A stretch of 64,000 bases of DNA from Eubacteriales bacterium (lineage in GTDB: Bacteria > Bacillota > Clostridia > Christensenellales > Aristaeellaceae): contig JAXEEE010000058.1 of NCBI GenBank assembly GCA_034104265.1, positions 1,729 through 65,728 on the forward strand, read 5' to 3'. Every line of letters begins with the position of its first letter. Position 1 is the stretch's first letter. The position numbers and the translations under genes are program-made. Below are positions 17,966 through 26,555 of this stretch, piece after piece. The notes under the pieces were generated by a model, which saw nothing but the letters and a program-made list of their open reading frames with translations, had not been told where the DNA came from and searched no databases.

Positions 17966-20900
17966 TCCATCTCCCGCAGCGTCAGGAATTCCGTCATGCA
18001 ATAGCCTTCCACCTCCCCGCAGACCACATGGCACCAGGTGTCGCCGAACTTCAGCAGACGCACGATTTCTCCCTTCGGGATGGCCATGCGCACCGGCGCG
18101 GTGGTGGCGCACCAGGCCCGGAGGTTCACATTCCCTTCATTGGGCGAGACAATGGCTTCCCACCCAGTCAGGGCGTAGAGTGTTTCATCATAGACTGGGT
18201 GCTGATTTCCGGATTCTGGCGTGGGCGTGACAGTCACGCCCGTGGGCCATTGGCTCAGATACTGGCTTGCCACATAGCCCGTCCATTCGCCGTAGCGAAC
18301 CTGGCTCCATGTATCATCCGCAGTCTGCAGCAGCGTCACCTGCGCGCCATGGGGAATCGCCAGAAGCACATTGGCTGTGGCGGAAGGGCCGCTTCGCAGG
18401 TTCAGTCCGCTGGCAGGCGCGTTGACGTAGCGGGTTTCCTCATTCTGCGCTGGACGGGTGTAGGTGATGTAGCGGCTCATCACATAGCCGGTATGGTCGC
18501 CGGCCTTCACCACGCTCCAGCTTTCACCGTCCAGGGTGACGGTGACTTCTGTGCCGGGGGCCAGCACCGCCAGCACTTGCCCGGAGGTGTCCGGCATATA
18601 GCGCAGGTTCACACCGCCGGTCACATCGGGGACAATCCATCCGGTCTTTGCGCCGGGAGCAGCCGTCTGCCCGAAGGACAGGTACCGGGTCATCACATAG
18701 CCTTCCTGTGCCTGGTACCTCACGCGGCACCAGGTATCGCCCTTCTCCAGCACGGTAATGCCTGTGCCATTGGGAATCACCAGCAGCACCTGTGCAGCGG
18801 AGGAAGCTGTTGACCGCAGATTCAGCCCACCGCCGTCCGAGGTGGACACGGTGGCGGTAGTCTCCTGTAACTGCGTGCTGCCGCCGGAGGCTGCGCCTTC
18901 CTTCAGGAACCTGGTCATCACATAGCCCGTGTGGCTGCCGTAGCGCACCTTCGTCCACGCTGAGCCCGCGATGAGCCGCTCCAGCTGCGTGCCGTCGGGG
19001 ATCACGGTCAGCACCCGGGCATTGGCGTCGGGCGATTCCCGCAGGTTCAGGCTGCCGTTGCCGGTGTGCACGGTGACAGTATCGGCAGATTCAACCGGGG
19101 TTTCCGGCGTGCTGCCGCCAATGGTCAGAAACCGGGTCATCACATAGCCGGTATAGCCGCCATGGGTGATCTTGCTCCACTCGCTGCCTTGGGTGAGGAT
19201 GCTGACTTCCGTCCCCGGCGCGATAGCCGTCAGCACCCGGGCGGTGGTGGACGGGGTTTCCCGCAGATTCAGCGTGCCGCTGGGGGTGGTGACAATGCCC
19301 GTCAGGGTGGCCTCCGGCGCATCGCTGCCTTCCATGGCCAGATAGGAGGTCATCACATAGCCGTTGATTCCTGCATAGCTGACCTTGCACCAGCTGTCCA
19401 GCCGCTGGAGGATGCCTACCCGCTGGCCCTTGGGAATCTGCATGATCACCGTGCTGCCCAGGGAGGGCTGACGGCGCAGATTCAGTGTGCCGGAACGGGT
19501 GGCCACCGTGGCATAGACGATGGGCGTTTCGCCGGAGGTTTCCTCATCCGCAGGGAAGCGGAGGTAGGTGGTCATCACATAACCGCTGACGCTGCCGTAG
19601 CGCACGGCGGACCACTCCCCGCCCCGGCTGGTCACCACAATGGACTCGCCCCTGGGCAGCGAGGCCAGGATAGCGGATTGCGTGGTGGGCTGGGCGCGGA
19701 GGTTCAGCGATGTTGAAGCGGTATGGACGATGGCCTCTGCTTCCCCTTGTCCCAGGTCAGGCGAAGGATCCGGCGCGGGAGCCTCCGGCTCAGCAGGATT
19801 CGTGCCGCCGCCGTAGGAAATGAAGGTGGCCATGATATACCCCTTGTCCCCGCCGGAGGTGGTCACGCTGCACCAGCTGCCGTCGCTTGCATGGACGGTC
19901 ACCTGCGTGCCGTTGGACAGCGTGGCGATCACCCTGGCGGAGGTGGATGCCGTCTCCCGCAGGTTCACGGTGCCGCTGCCCGAGGGAATGCTCACCACCG
20001 CAGCGCCGCTGAGCTGCTCCGTCACCTGACCGGGATAGACGCTGCTCATCTGCAAAAAGTCGGTGGATGCCCAGCCCGTGGACGCGCCGTACTGCACCTG
20101 CGCCCAGCTGCCCTGCACGCTGTACACGCACAGAATCGACCCGCTGGGAATCGCCGCCAGCACCGATGCGCTCATGCTGCCCTCGCTGCGCAGATTCAGG
20201 GTACCGTTGCACTGCACCGTGGCCCACTGGCTGATCTGCGTGGGGGTCTGGTCGGTGGCGGTGGGCGGGTCGCCGTTGAATTTCAGCGCGCTGGTGGGTA
20301 CATACCCCACCAGGCTGCCCAGGCGAATCATGGTCCAGTCATCCATGCGGGCCACCACGTTCACCAGGCCGCCGTTGACCACGCTGGTCAGGATGGCTCC
20401 GGTATTGCTGGCGGCAGCGCGCACTGCCAGTTTGTCCGATACACCCACCAGCTTTACGATGGCCGTCACGCCACTGGAGGGGGTGATTTCCGCAGGGGCT
20501 TCCGTGGTGGTGATGGTATCGCTGCCGCCGCTGTCCAGGGAGGACAGGATGGTGTGGGTGAAGGTATACTGCACCCGTCTGCAGCCCTCGTAGTAGAAGC
20601 CAAGGATCTGGTCATAGGTGTAGCCCAGGGAGCCCATCTGCATGGCGCCCCGCTGGCTCATGCCCACGCCGTGACCGTACCGCCGGGCGTACAGCACGAA
20701 GCTTGCACCGGTCTGCGCCACCGACCAAAGCTCGTTCTTGCTGGCATTGATGCTCATACCCAGGGCGGTTTCCAGCTCGCTGAAGATGTCGAAGGTCAGC
20801 GTCATTTCTCTGCTGCCGCTGCCTGTCGCAACCGTTACGTTGAAGTCCAGCTTGGTATACAGGCGGCTGGGGGAAGCGAATTTCGGCGTATGGGGCATAA

Positions 20901-21903
20901 CGCCGTTGATCCGCGTCACACTCACGCTGGAGGTGGAATAGCCCTGACTGCGCAGCGCGGCTTCCGCCTTGGCCTGCAGCAGCTTCTTCAGCGCGGCGTT
21001 CTGGCTGGGGTTGGCGTTGTCGGCGTAGACCGTCACCTTCCGGTACACGGAGGCGGCGTTCATCCGGTCGAAGGGGTCGTCCTTGATGGTCAGATAATCG
21101 TACCCGGAGGCTCCCCACACATTGGCGGCGGATTCCGTTTGTCCGCCATTGGAGGCTGTGTAGAAGGTCTCCGTCAGGCTGCCGCTGTTCATCAGCACAA
21201 TGCCCTTGGTAGCGCTGACGGCCTCGGTGCAGCGGGCGGTGGAATCGCTGTTGCCGTAGTAGACCTGGTCGTTGGTGGTGTCCACCACATCGTAAAGGGA
21301 GGACGCGCGGATGTTCATCTTGTTCAGCGTGTAGGTTCGCGCCGCCACCGCCTGGGCCTTCAGCGCCTCCAGTGGCGCGGAATTGCCCATTTCGTAGGGT
21401 ACCACGCCATTGAGGTAATACTCGATGTACACGTGCAGAACGGGATACAGCCTGTACGCCCCGCTGTAGGGCTGAGCCTTCAGCTGCAGGTCGCCGGGAT
21501 ACAGATTGCCGGAGATCCTGGACTGGTCGATGCTCAGCCCGCTCATACCGCTTGTCTGATGCCGCCGCAGATGCATCTCCGATCCCATGTCGTAGGTGAC
21601 GCCGCCCACGGTCATGGTCATCTGCCCGGTAGCCTTGCTGAAGCTGACATGCACCCTGTCACCGCTGCGGAGGGTGACCTTCGCCGCGCCCTCGGCGGTA
21701 TAGCTGCCCGTGACCGTCATGTCCAGTGATGTGGGGTTACCCATGGAGGAAAGATACACCCGCACCATGCCGTTACGGGCGGATGAGGCCACCGTCAGCG
21801 GCGCGGAGTCCACCTGTGTGGCGGACGCATCAAGCATCGGCAGCAGCGAAAACACCAGCACAGCAGCCAGCAGTATGGCGCCCATTCGCCTGCAAAGACG
21901 CAT
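17962..21903 (-). CDS. Secreted SpoIID/LytB-domain protein followed by about 11 bacterial SH3 domains
   Basis: Signal peptide (MRLCRRMGAILLAAVLVFSLLPMLDASA). SpoIID/LytB motifs (AVAARTY, YYGNSD, SNGGQTES, GHGVGMSQRGA). Then repeated roughly 70-aa SH3b modules (..LNLR....VL..IP.G..V.V....W..V.Y....GYVM..YL). The ATG at 21903 follows GGAGGAAGG. Confidence 0.85.
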   Translation of the reverse strand: MRLCRRMGAILLAAVLVFSLLPMLDASATQVDSAPLTVASSARNGMVRVYLSSMGNPTSLDMTVTGSYTAEGAAKVTLRSGDRVHVSFSKATGQMTMTVGGVTYDMGSEMHLRRHQTSGMSGLSIDQSRISGNLYPGDLQLKAQPYSGAYRLYPVLHVYIEYYLNGVVPYEMGNSAPLEALKAQAVAARTYTLNKMNIRASSLYDVVDTTNDQVYYGNSDSTARCTEAVSATKGIVLMNSGSLTETFYTASNGGQTESAANVWGASGYDYLTIKDDPFDRMNAASVYRKVTVYADNANPSQNAALKKLLQAKAEAALRSQGYSTSSVSVTRINGVMPHTPKFASPSRLYTKLDFNVTVATGSGSREMTLTFDIFSELETALGMSINASKNELWSVAQTGASFVLYARRYGHGVGMSQRGAMQMGSLGYTYDQILGFYYEGCRRVQYTFTHTILSSLDSGGSDTITTTEAPAEITPSSGVTAIVKLVGVSDKLAVRAAASNTGAILTSVVNGGLVNVVARMDDWTMIRLGSLVGYVPTSALKFNGDPPTATDQTPTQISQWATVQCNGTLNLRSEGSMSASVLAAIPSGSILCVYSVQGSWAQVQYGASTGWASTDFLQMSSVYPGQVTEQLSGAAVVSIPSGSGTVNLRETASTSARVIATLSNGTQVTVHASDGSWCSVTTSGGDKGYIMATFISYGGGTNPAEPEAPAPDPSPDLGQGEAEAIVHTASTSLNLRAQPTTQSAILASLPRGESIVVTSRGGEWSAVRYGSVSGYVMTTYLRFPADEETSGETPIVYATVATRSGTLNLRRQPSLGSTVIMQIPKGQRVGILQRLDSWCKVSYAGINGYVMTSYLAMEGSDAPEATLTGIVTTPSGTLNLRETPSTTARVLTAIAPGTEVSILTQGSEWSKITHGGYTGYVMTRFLTIGGSTPETPVESADTVTVHTGNGSLNLRESPDANARVLTVIPDGTQLERLIAGSAWTKVRYGSHTGYVMTRFLKEGAASGGSTQLQETTATVSTSDGGGLNLRSTASSAAQVLLVIPNGTGITVLEKGDTWCRVRYQAQEGYVMTRYLSFGQTAAPGAKTGWIVPDVTGGVNLRYMPDTSGQVLAVLAPGTEVTVTLDGESWSVVKAGDHTGYVMSRYITYTRPAQNEETRYVNAPASGLNLRSGPSATANVLLAIPHGAQVTLLQTADDTWSQVRYGEWTGYVASQYLSQWPTGVTVTPTPESGNQHPVYDETLYALTGWEAIVSPNEGNVNLRAWCATTAPVRMAIPKGEIVRLLKFGDTWCHVVCGEVEGYCMTEFLTLREME

Positions 21904-22023
21904 GTACCCTTCCTCCTTTCCACACAATTCGTCAGAATAGCCCATGAAGGCATTGTATCACATCCAACGTGTACGCGCCAGCCCTCCCTGCAACAAAGCC
22001 GCTGGGAATTACCGCCATCATGG

Positions 22024-22056
22024 CAAAAGAAAGAACCGCCGGCACATTACCGGCGG
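22024..22056 (-). terminator. Rho-independent terminator after glgA
   Basis: On the minus strand: CCGCCGG, 7-nt loop, CCGGCGG, then TTCTTTCTTTT. Confidence 0.6.
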
Positions 22057-22072
22057 CTCGGATGGGGTGGGA

Positions 22073-24022
22073 TTACTCAGCCTTGGGGGCCTCGGCCTTC
22101 TTGGCGCGGGGCTTCCGAGCGGGTTTTGCGGGGGCCTCGGCGGTTGCAGCGGGAGCCTCGGTCACCTCAGCCTTTTTGGCGCGGGGCTTCCGGGTGGGCT
22201 TCGCGGGGGCCTCGGCGGTTGCAGCAGGAACCTCGGTCACCTCGGCCTTCTTGGCGCGGGGCTTCCGGGCAGGCTTCGCAGGGGCCTCGGCGGTTGCAGC
22301 AGGAGCCTCGGTCACCTCGGCTTTCTTGGCGCGGGGCTTCCGGGCAGGCTTCGCAGGGGCCTCGGCAGGAGCCTCAACAGGCTCAGCAGGGGTAGCCACG
22401 GGCTCGGCAGGAACCGCAACGGGCTCGGCAGGTGCTTCCGCCACGGGCTGGGCGGGAACCTCCTCCACGGGGGCAGGTTCAGTCACAGGTTCCGCAGGGG
22501 TTTCAGCAGGCGTTTCAGCCTTTGTTGGGTTAGCCTCCGCGTCGCCGTCGGAGGAATCCCCTTCAGCAGAAGCGGAGTTGTCGTTGCCCAGCAACGCCCG
22601 GTACAGCTCCAGGTACTTGCCGGCAGAATTGGTCCAGCTGTAGTCGCCGGTCATGCCGCGCTTCATCAGCTTGTGCCAGATTTCCTTCTCGTTGTGATAG
22701 AAGCGGATGGCACGGTTGATGGTGTTGAGCATGTCATGGGCGTTGTAGTTGAAGAAGGAGAAGCCGTTGCCATCGCCGGTGTACTCATTGTAGGACAGCA
22801 CCGTGTCGCGCAGGCCGCCGGTCTCGCGGACGATCGGCACTGTGCCGTAGCGCAGGGAGATCAGCTGGCTCAGGCCGCAGGGCTCGAACTGGCTGGGCAT
22901 GAGGAACATGTCCGCGCCAGCGTAGATCTGATGGGCCAGGGCATGATCCATGGCGAAGCGGGCAGCCACCTTGCCGGGATACGCGCTCTCCGCCCAGGAG
23001 AACAGGTTCACATAGCGGCTCTCGCCCATGCCCAGGACAACCAGTTGCACCTTCTGGTTCAGCAGATCGCCGATGATGCAGTCCACCAGGTCGAGGCCCT
23101 TCTGGTTGGACAGGCGGCCCACCATGCCGATGATCGGGATGTCGGGGTTGACCTCCAGACCCAGCTTCTCCTGCAGGGCGCGCTTGCACGCCGCCTTGCC
23201 GGACATATCATCAGGAGAATAGGTGGCGGCGATGCGGTCGTCATGGGAGGGATCGTAGTCCACCATGTCGATGCCGTTGAGCACGCCGAAAAGATCGGCC
23301 TTGCGGGTACGGAGCAGGCCGTCCAGACGCTCGCCGTAGTAGGCGGTCTGAATTTCCTCGGAGTAGCTGGGGCTGACGGTGGTGATCACGTCGCTGTACA
23401 CCAGGCCGGCCTTGAGGAAGTTGGCGCAGCCGAAGCACTCCAGCTTGTCGCCGGTCCACAGGCTGTCGCCCAGACCCAGCACGTCCTGCACCTCACGGAT
23501 GCCGAACACGCCCTGGTACTGCAGGTTGTGGATGGTGAATACAGTCTTCATCCGGGCGAAGAAGGGCAGGTGCGCGTACTGGATCTTCAGCAGCGCGGGC
23601 ACCATGCCGCTCTGCCAGTCGTGGGCATGGACGATATCAGGCTGCCAGTCCAGCAGGGGCAGAGCGTTGAGAATGCCGCGGCAGAAGAAGCCGAAGCGCT
23701 CGTACTCGTCGCCGCCCAGGCCGTAGATGTAGGGACGGCCGAAGTAATACTTGTTGTCCATGAAGTACCAGGTGACGCCGTCCTGCTTGAGCATCTCAAT
23801 GCCGCAGTACTGCTTGCGCCAGCCCAGCTGCACCTCAAAGTCCAGCACGTGGGTCATCTGGCTGGTGTACTTTTCCGGAATCGCGCCGTACAGGGGCAGA
23901 ATGACACGCACGTCGTTGCCCTGCTTGGCCAGCACCGGCGCAAGCGCACCAACCACGTCCGCCAGGCCGCCCGTCTTGACAAAAGGCACGCATTCGCTGG
24001 CAGTAAACAGAATTTTCATCAA
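22073..24022 (-). CDS. glgA: Glycogen synthase GlgA with a C-terminal extension of about 165 aa (Pro/Ala/Glu-rich, then Lys/Arg-rich repeats)
   Basis: N-terminal MKILFTASECVPFVKTGGLADVVG and a GT5 core. The tail holds four copies of [25 protein letters not shown]. Confidence 0.9.
   Translation of the reverse strand: MMKILFTASECVPFVKTGGLADVVGALAPVLAKQGNDVRVILPLYGAIPEKYTSQMTHVLDFEVQLGWRKQYCGIEMLKQDGVTWYFMDNKYYFGRPYIYGLGGDEYERFGFFCRGILNALPLLDWQPDIVHAHDWQSGMVPALLKIQYAHLPFFARMKTVFTIHNLQYQGVFGIREVQDVLGLGDSLWTGDKLECFGCANFLKAGLVYSDVITTVSPSYSEEIQTAYYGERLDGLLRTRKADLFGVLNGIDMVDYDPSHDDRIAATYSPDDMSGKAACKRALQEKLGLEVNPDIPIIGMVGRLSNQKGLDLVDCIIGDLLNQKVQLVVLGMGESRYVNLFSWAESAYPGKVAARFAMDHALAHQIYAGADMFLMPSQFEPCGLSQLISLRYGTVPIVRETGGLRDTVLSYNEYTGDGNGFSFFNYNAHDMLNTINRAIRFYHNEKEIWHKLMKRGMTGDYSWTNSAGKYLELYRALLGNDNSASAEGDSSDGDAEANPTKAETPAETPAEPVTEPAPVEEVPAQPVAEAPAEPVAVPAEPVATPAEPVEAPAEAPAKPARKPRAKKAEVTEAPAATAEAPAKPARKPRAKKAEVTEVPAATAEAPAKPTRKPRAKKAEVTEAPAATAEAPAKPARKPRAKKAEAPKAE
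22085..22385 (-). repeat. Tandem 75-bp in-frame coding repeat, four copies, in the glgA 3' end
   Basis: The string TTGGCGCGGGGCTTCCG recurs at 22101, 22176, 22251 and 22326, a period of exactly 75 bp. Confidence 0.9.
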
Positions 24023-24106
24023 TGATTTACCTCCATGAAAAGTTTTCGGTTATCGAAGATACGCCGCGCCGGCAGCCTGAAAATGCCAGCGCGACGTACT
24101 ATTGTA

Positions 24107-25231
24107 TCAGATAACCACATTTTTGGCAATAACAATGGGATAAGCTGCCGGGCCGATCAGCTTCGCGTTGCGCTTGATTACCGCCTGCTTGTCCAGGATG
24201 CAGTTCTCAATGTACGCGCCGGAATGAATCTGACCATCCTGCATCACAATGCAGTTCTTCACATGAGCGCCAGGCGCCACGCGCACGCCGCGGGCCAGGA
24301 TGGAATTCTCCACCGTGCCCTCGATGATGCAGCCGTCGGCCACCAGGGAGTTCACCACGTTGACGTTCTCGCCGTAGCGGGCGGGCATCTCGTCGCGAAC
24401 CTTGGTGTACACGGGATAGGCGAACAGCTTGCTGCGGGTCTCGCTGTCCAGCACATCCATGTTGAAGCGGTAGAAGCTCTGCACGGAGTCCATCCGCCAG
24501 CAGGGACCGGTGTACTCGTAGCCGTTGATGCGGCCATTGCCCTCCTGCACCATGTGCAGCAGCACGTCGCGGTTCATGTCATGCAGGCCATGGGCCACGC
24601 CCTTGTCCACCAGGGAGCGCAGCAGCTCGCGCTTGAGCACCATCACGTCCATGAAGGAATTCTCCAGCGTGGGATGGGTGGGCTCGACCTCCAGATCGGT
24701 GACCTTGCCGTCCGCATCCACCGCCATGTAGGTGCCGTACTCGTCGCGCAGCATGGTGGGATCCTTGGTGTACATCAGGGTGATGTCCGCGCCGGAATCC
24801 ACATGATAGCGAACGAGGGCGTCGATGTCAGCGTTGTAGATGATGTTGGAGTTGGACAGCACCACGTACTCCTGCTTGGAGCGGCTGAGGAAGTCCGTGT
24901 TGGAGCGCAGGGCGTCCAGCAGGCCCGTGTACACACCCACGTTCTCGCGGGTCAGGAAGGGGGGCAGCACGCGCAGGCCGTTGTTCTTGCCGTGCAGATC
25001 CCACTCCTTGCCGGAGCCCAGGTGATCCATCAGGCTGTGATAGTTCTTCTGCATGATGATGCCGACGTTCTTCAGCCCGCCATTGACCATGGAGGACAGC
25101 AGGAAGTCGATCACGCGGTAGCGGCCGGCCACAGGCAGCGCGGCGATGGCACGGAACATGGTCAACTCACGGAGACGGGCATCGCTTTCTCCGGTATAGA
25201 TGATACCCATTACATCTTTCATTGTATTCAA
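24107..25231 (-). CDS. glgD: Glucose-1-phosphate adenylyltransferase regulatory subunit GlgD
   Basis: GlgD-like N-terminus (MGIIYTGESDARLRELT..RAIAALPVAGRYRVIDF) plus a C-terminal LbH domain. Position between glgC and glgA. Confidence 0.85.
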   Translation of the reverse strand: MNTMKDVMGIIYTGESDARLRELTMFRAIAALPVAGRYRVIDFLLSSMVNGGLKNVGIIMQKNYHSLMDHLGSGKEWDLHGKNNGLRVLPPFLTRENVGVYTGLLDALRSNTDFLSRSKQEYVVLSNSNIIYNADIDALVRYHVDSGADITLMYTKDPTMLRDEYGTYMAVDADGKVTDLEVEPTHPTLENSFMDVMVLKRELLRSLVDKGVAHGLHDMNRDVLLHMVQEGNGRINGYEYTGPCWRMDSVQSFYRFNMDVLDSETRSKLFAYPVYTKVRDEMPARYGENVNVVNSLVADGCIIEGTVENSILARGVRVAPGAHVKNCIVMQDGQIHSGAYIENCILDKQAVIKRNAKLIGPAAYPIVIAKNVVI

Positions 25232-25264
25232 TCCTTTCCCATGCTAAATGCTGCGTTGGATGCG

Positions 25265-26449
25265 TCAAAAGGTAGTGGCTTCGTCCACCTGGACGCCGGC
25301 CGTAACGCTCACGCCGGCAGGCAGGGTCACGTTGGGGCCGACCACGGCGATGTTGCCGGTCTCCTCGCCCACCAGGCTGCCCGCGCCGATCACGGCGTTC
25401 TCAGCCACGATGGCACGGCGGACGACCGCGCCGCGCTTGATGACCGCGCCGGGCATCACCACAGCGTCCTGCACATTGGCGCCTTCCTCAACCGTTACGC
25501 CCGCAGACAGCACGGAGTGGGACACCTTGCCGTAGATCATGCAGCCCTCGGTGATCAGGCTGTCCTGCACATCCGCGCCCTTGGCGATGAAGTGGGGCGC
25601 CAGGCCGGGGTTCTTGGCGTAGATGCGCCACTTCTTGTCATGCAGATCGATGGGCATGGGGGTGGACAGCAGATCCATGTTCGCTTCCCACAGGGACTCG
25701 ATGGTGCCCACGTCCTTCCAGTAGCCCTCGAAGTTGTAGGCCACCATGACCTGCTTGTCGTTCAGCATGGCGGGGATGATGTTCTTGCCGAAGTCGTTGG
25801 AGGAGGTCTTGTCGGCCTCGTCGGCGGTCAGGTAGGCGCGCAGCTTCTCCCAGGTGAAGATGTAGATGCCCATGGAAGCCTTGTTGGACTTGGGATTCTT
25901 GGGCTTCTCTTCAAACTCGATGATGTTCTCCTCGGCGTCGGTGTTCATGATGCCGAAGCGGCTGGCTTCCTCCCACGGCACAGGACGGACAGCGATGGTG
26001 GCGTCCGCGCCCTTGCGGATATGGTAGCTCAGCATCGCGTTGTAGTCCATCTTATAGATGTGGTCGCCGGAAAGCACCAGCACATAATCCGGATTGTACT
26101 GCTCAATGAAGGCCATGTTCTGGTAGATGGCGTTGGCCGTGCCGCGATACCAGTCGCCGGTCTTGCCGGTCTGATAGGGGGGCAGGACGAACACGCCGCC
26201 GTTGGAAAGGTCAAGATCCCAAGGCGCGCCGGAGCCGATGTAGGCGTTCAGCTCCAGAGGCATGTACTGGGTCAGCACACCCACCGTGTCGATGCCGCTG
26301 TTGGTGCAGTTGGACAGCGGGAAGTCAATGATGCGATACTTGCCGCCATAGGGCACGGCAGGCTTGGCTACCTTCTTGGTCAGAACGCCCAGACGGCTGC
26401 CCTGTCCACCGGCCAGCAGCATGGCAACACAGGTCTTCTTTCTCAGCAT
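25265..26449 (-). CDS. glgC: Glucose-1-phosphate adenylyltransferase GlgC
   Basis: [39 protein letters not shown] motif. The true start MLRKKTC is at 26449. The longer ORF in the track reads into the glgB tail in another frame. Confidence 0.9.
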   Translation of the reverse strand: MLRKKTCVAMLLAGGQGSRLGVLTKKVAKPAVPYGGKYRIIDFPLSNCTNSGIDTVGVLTQYMPLELNAYIGSGAPWDLDLSNGGVFVLPPYQTGKTGDWYRGTANAIYQNMAFIEQYNPDYVLVLSGDHIYKMDYNAMLSYHIRKGADATIAVRPVPWEEASRFGIMNTDAEENIIEFEEKPKNPKSNKASMGIYIFTWEKLRAYLTADEADKTSSNDFGKNIIPAMLNDKQVMVAYNFEGYWKDVGTIESLWEANMDLLSTPMPIDLHDKKWRIYAKNPGLAPHFIAKGADVQDSLITEGCMIYGKVSHSVLSAGVTVEEGANVQDAVVMPGAVIKRGAVVRRAIVAENAVIGAGSLVGEETGNIAVVGPNVTLPAGVSVTAGVQVDEATTF

Positions 26450-26555
26450 GGGGAAACACGCTCCTTCAAATGTATCCTTTTGATTGGTACCTTGCACGGC
26501 GCGCTTGCGCCCGCCGCATGTATGCAGAAAGGTCGCAGGGACCTTGGTGCCGGAG

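Noticed and set aside
22085-22385. Regular 75-bp repeats that could superficially resemble a CRISPR or minisatellite array.
   Set aside because: The repeats are contiguous with no unique spacers. They are in frame with glgA and encode a repeated peptide. No cas genes are present in the window.
26450-26555. A GC-rich stem-loop between glgB and glgC, as a possible terminator or riboswitch.
   Set aside because: It has no T-tract and an imperfect stem. It is more likely an intercistronic structure within the glgBCDA transcript, and nothing supports a ligand-binding fold.
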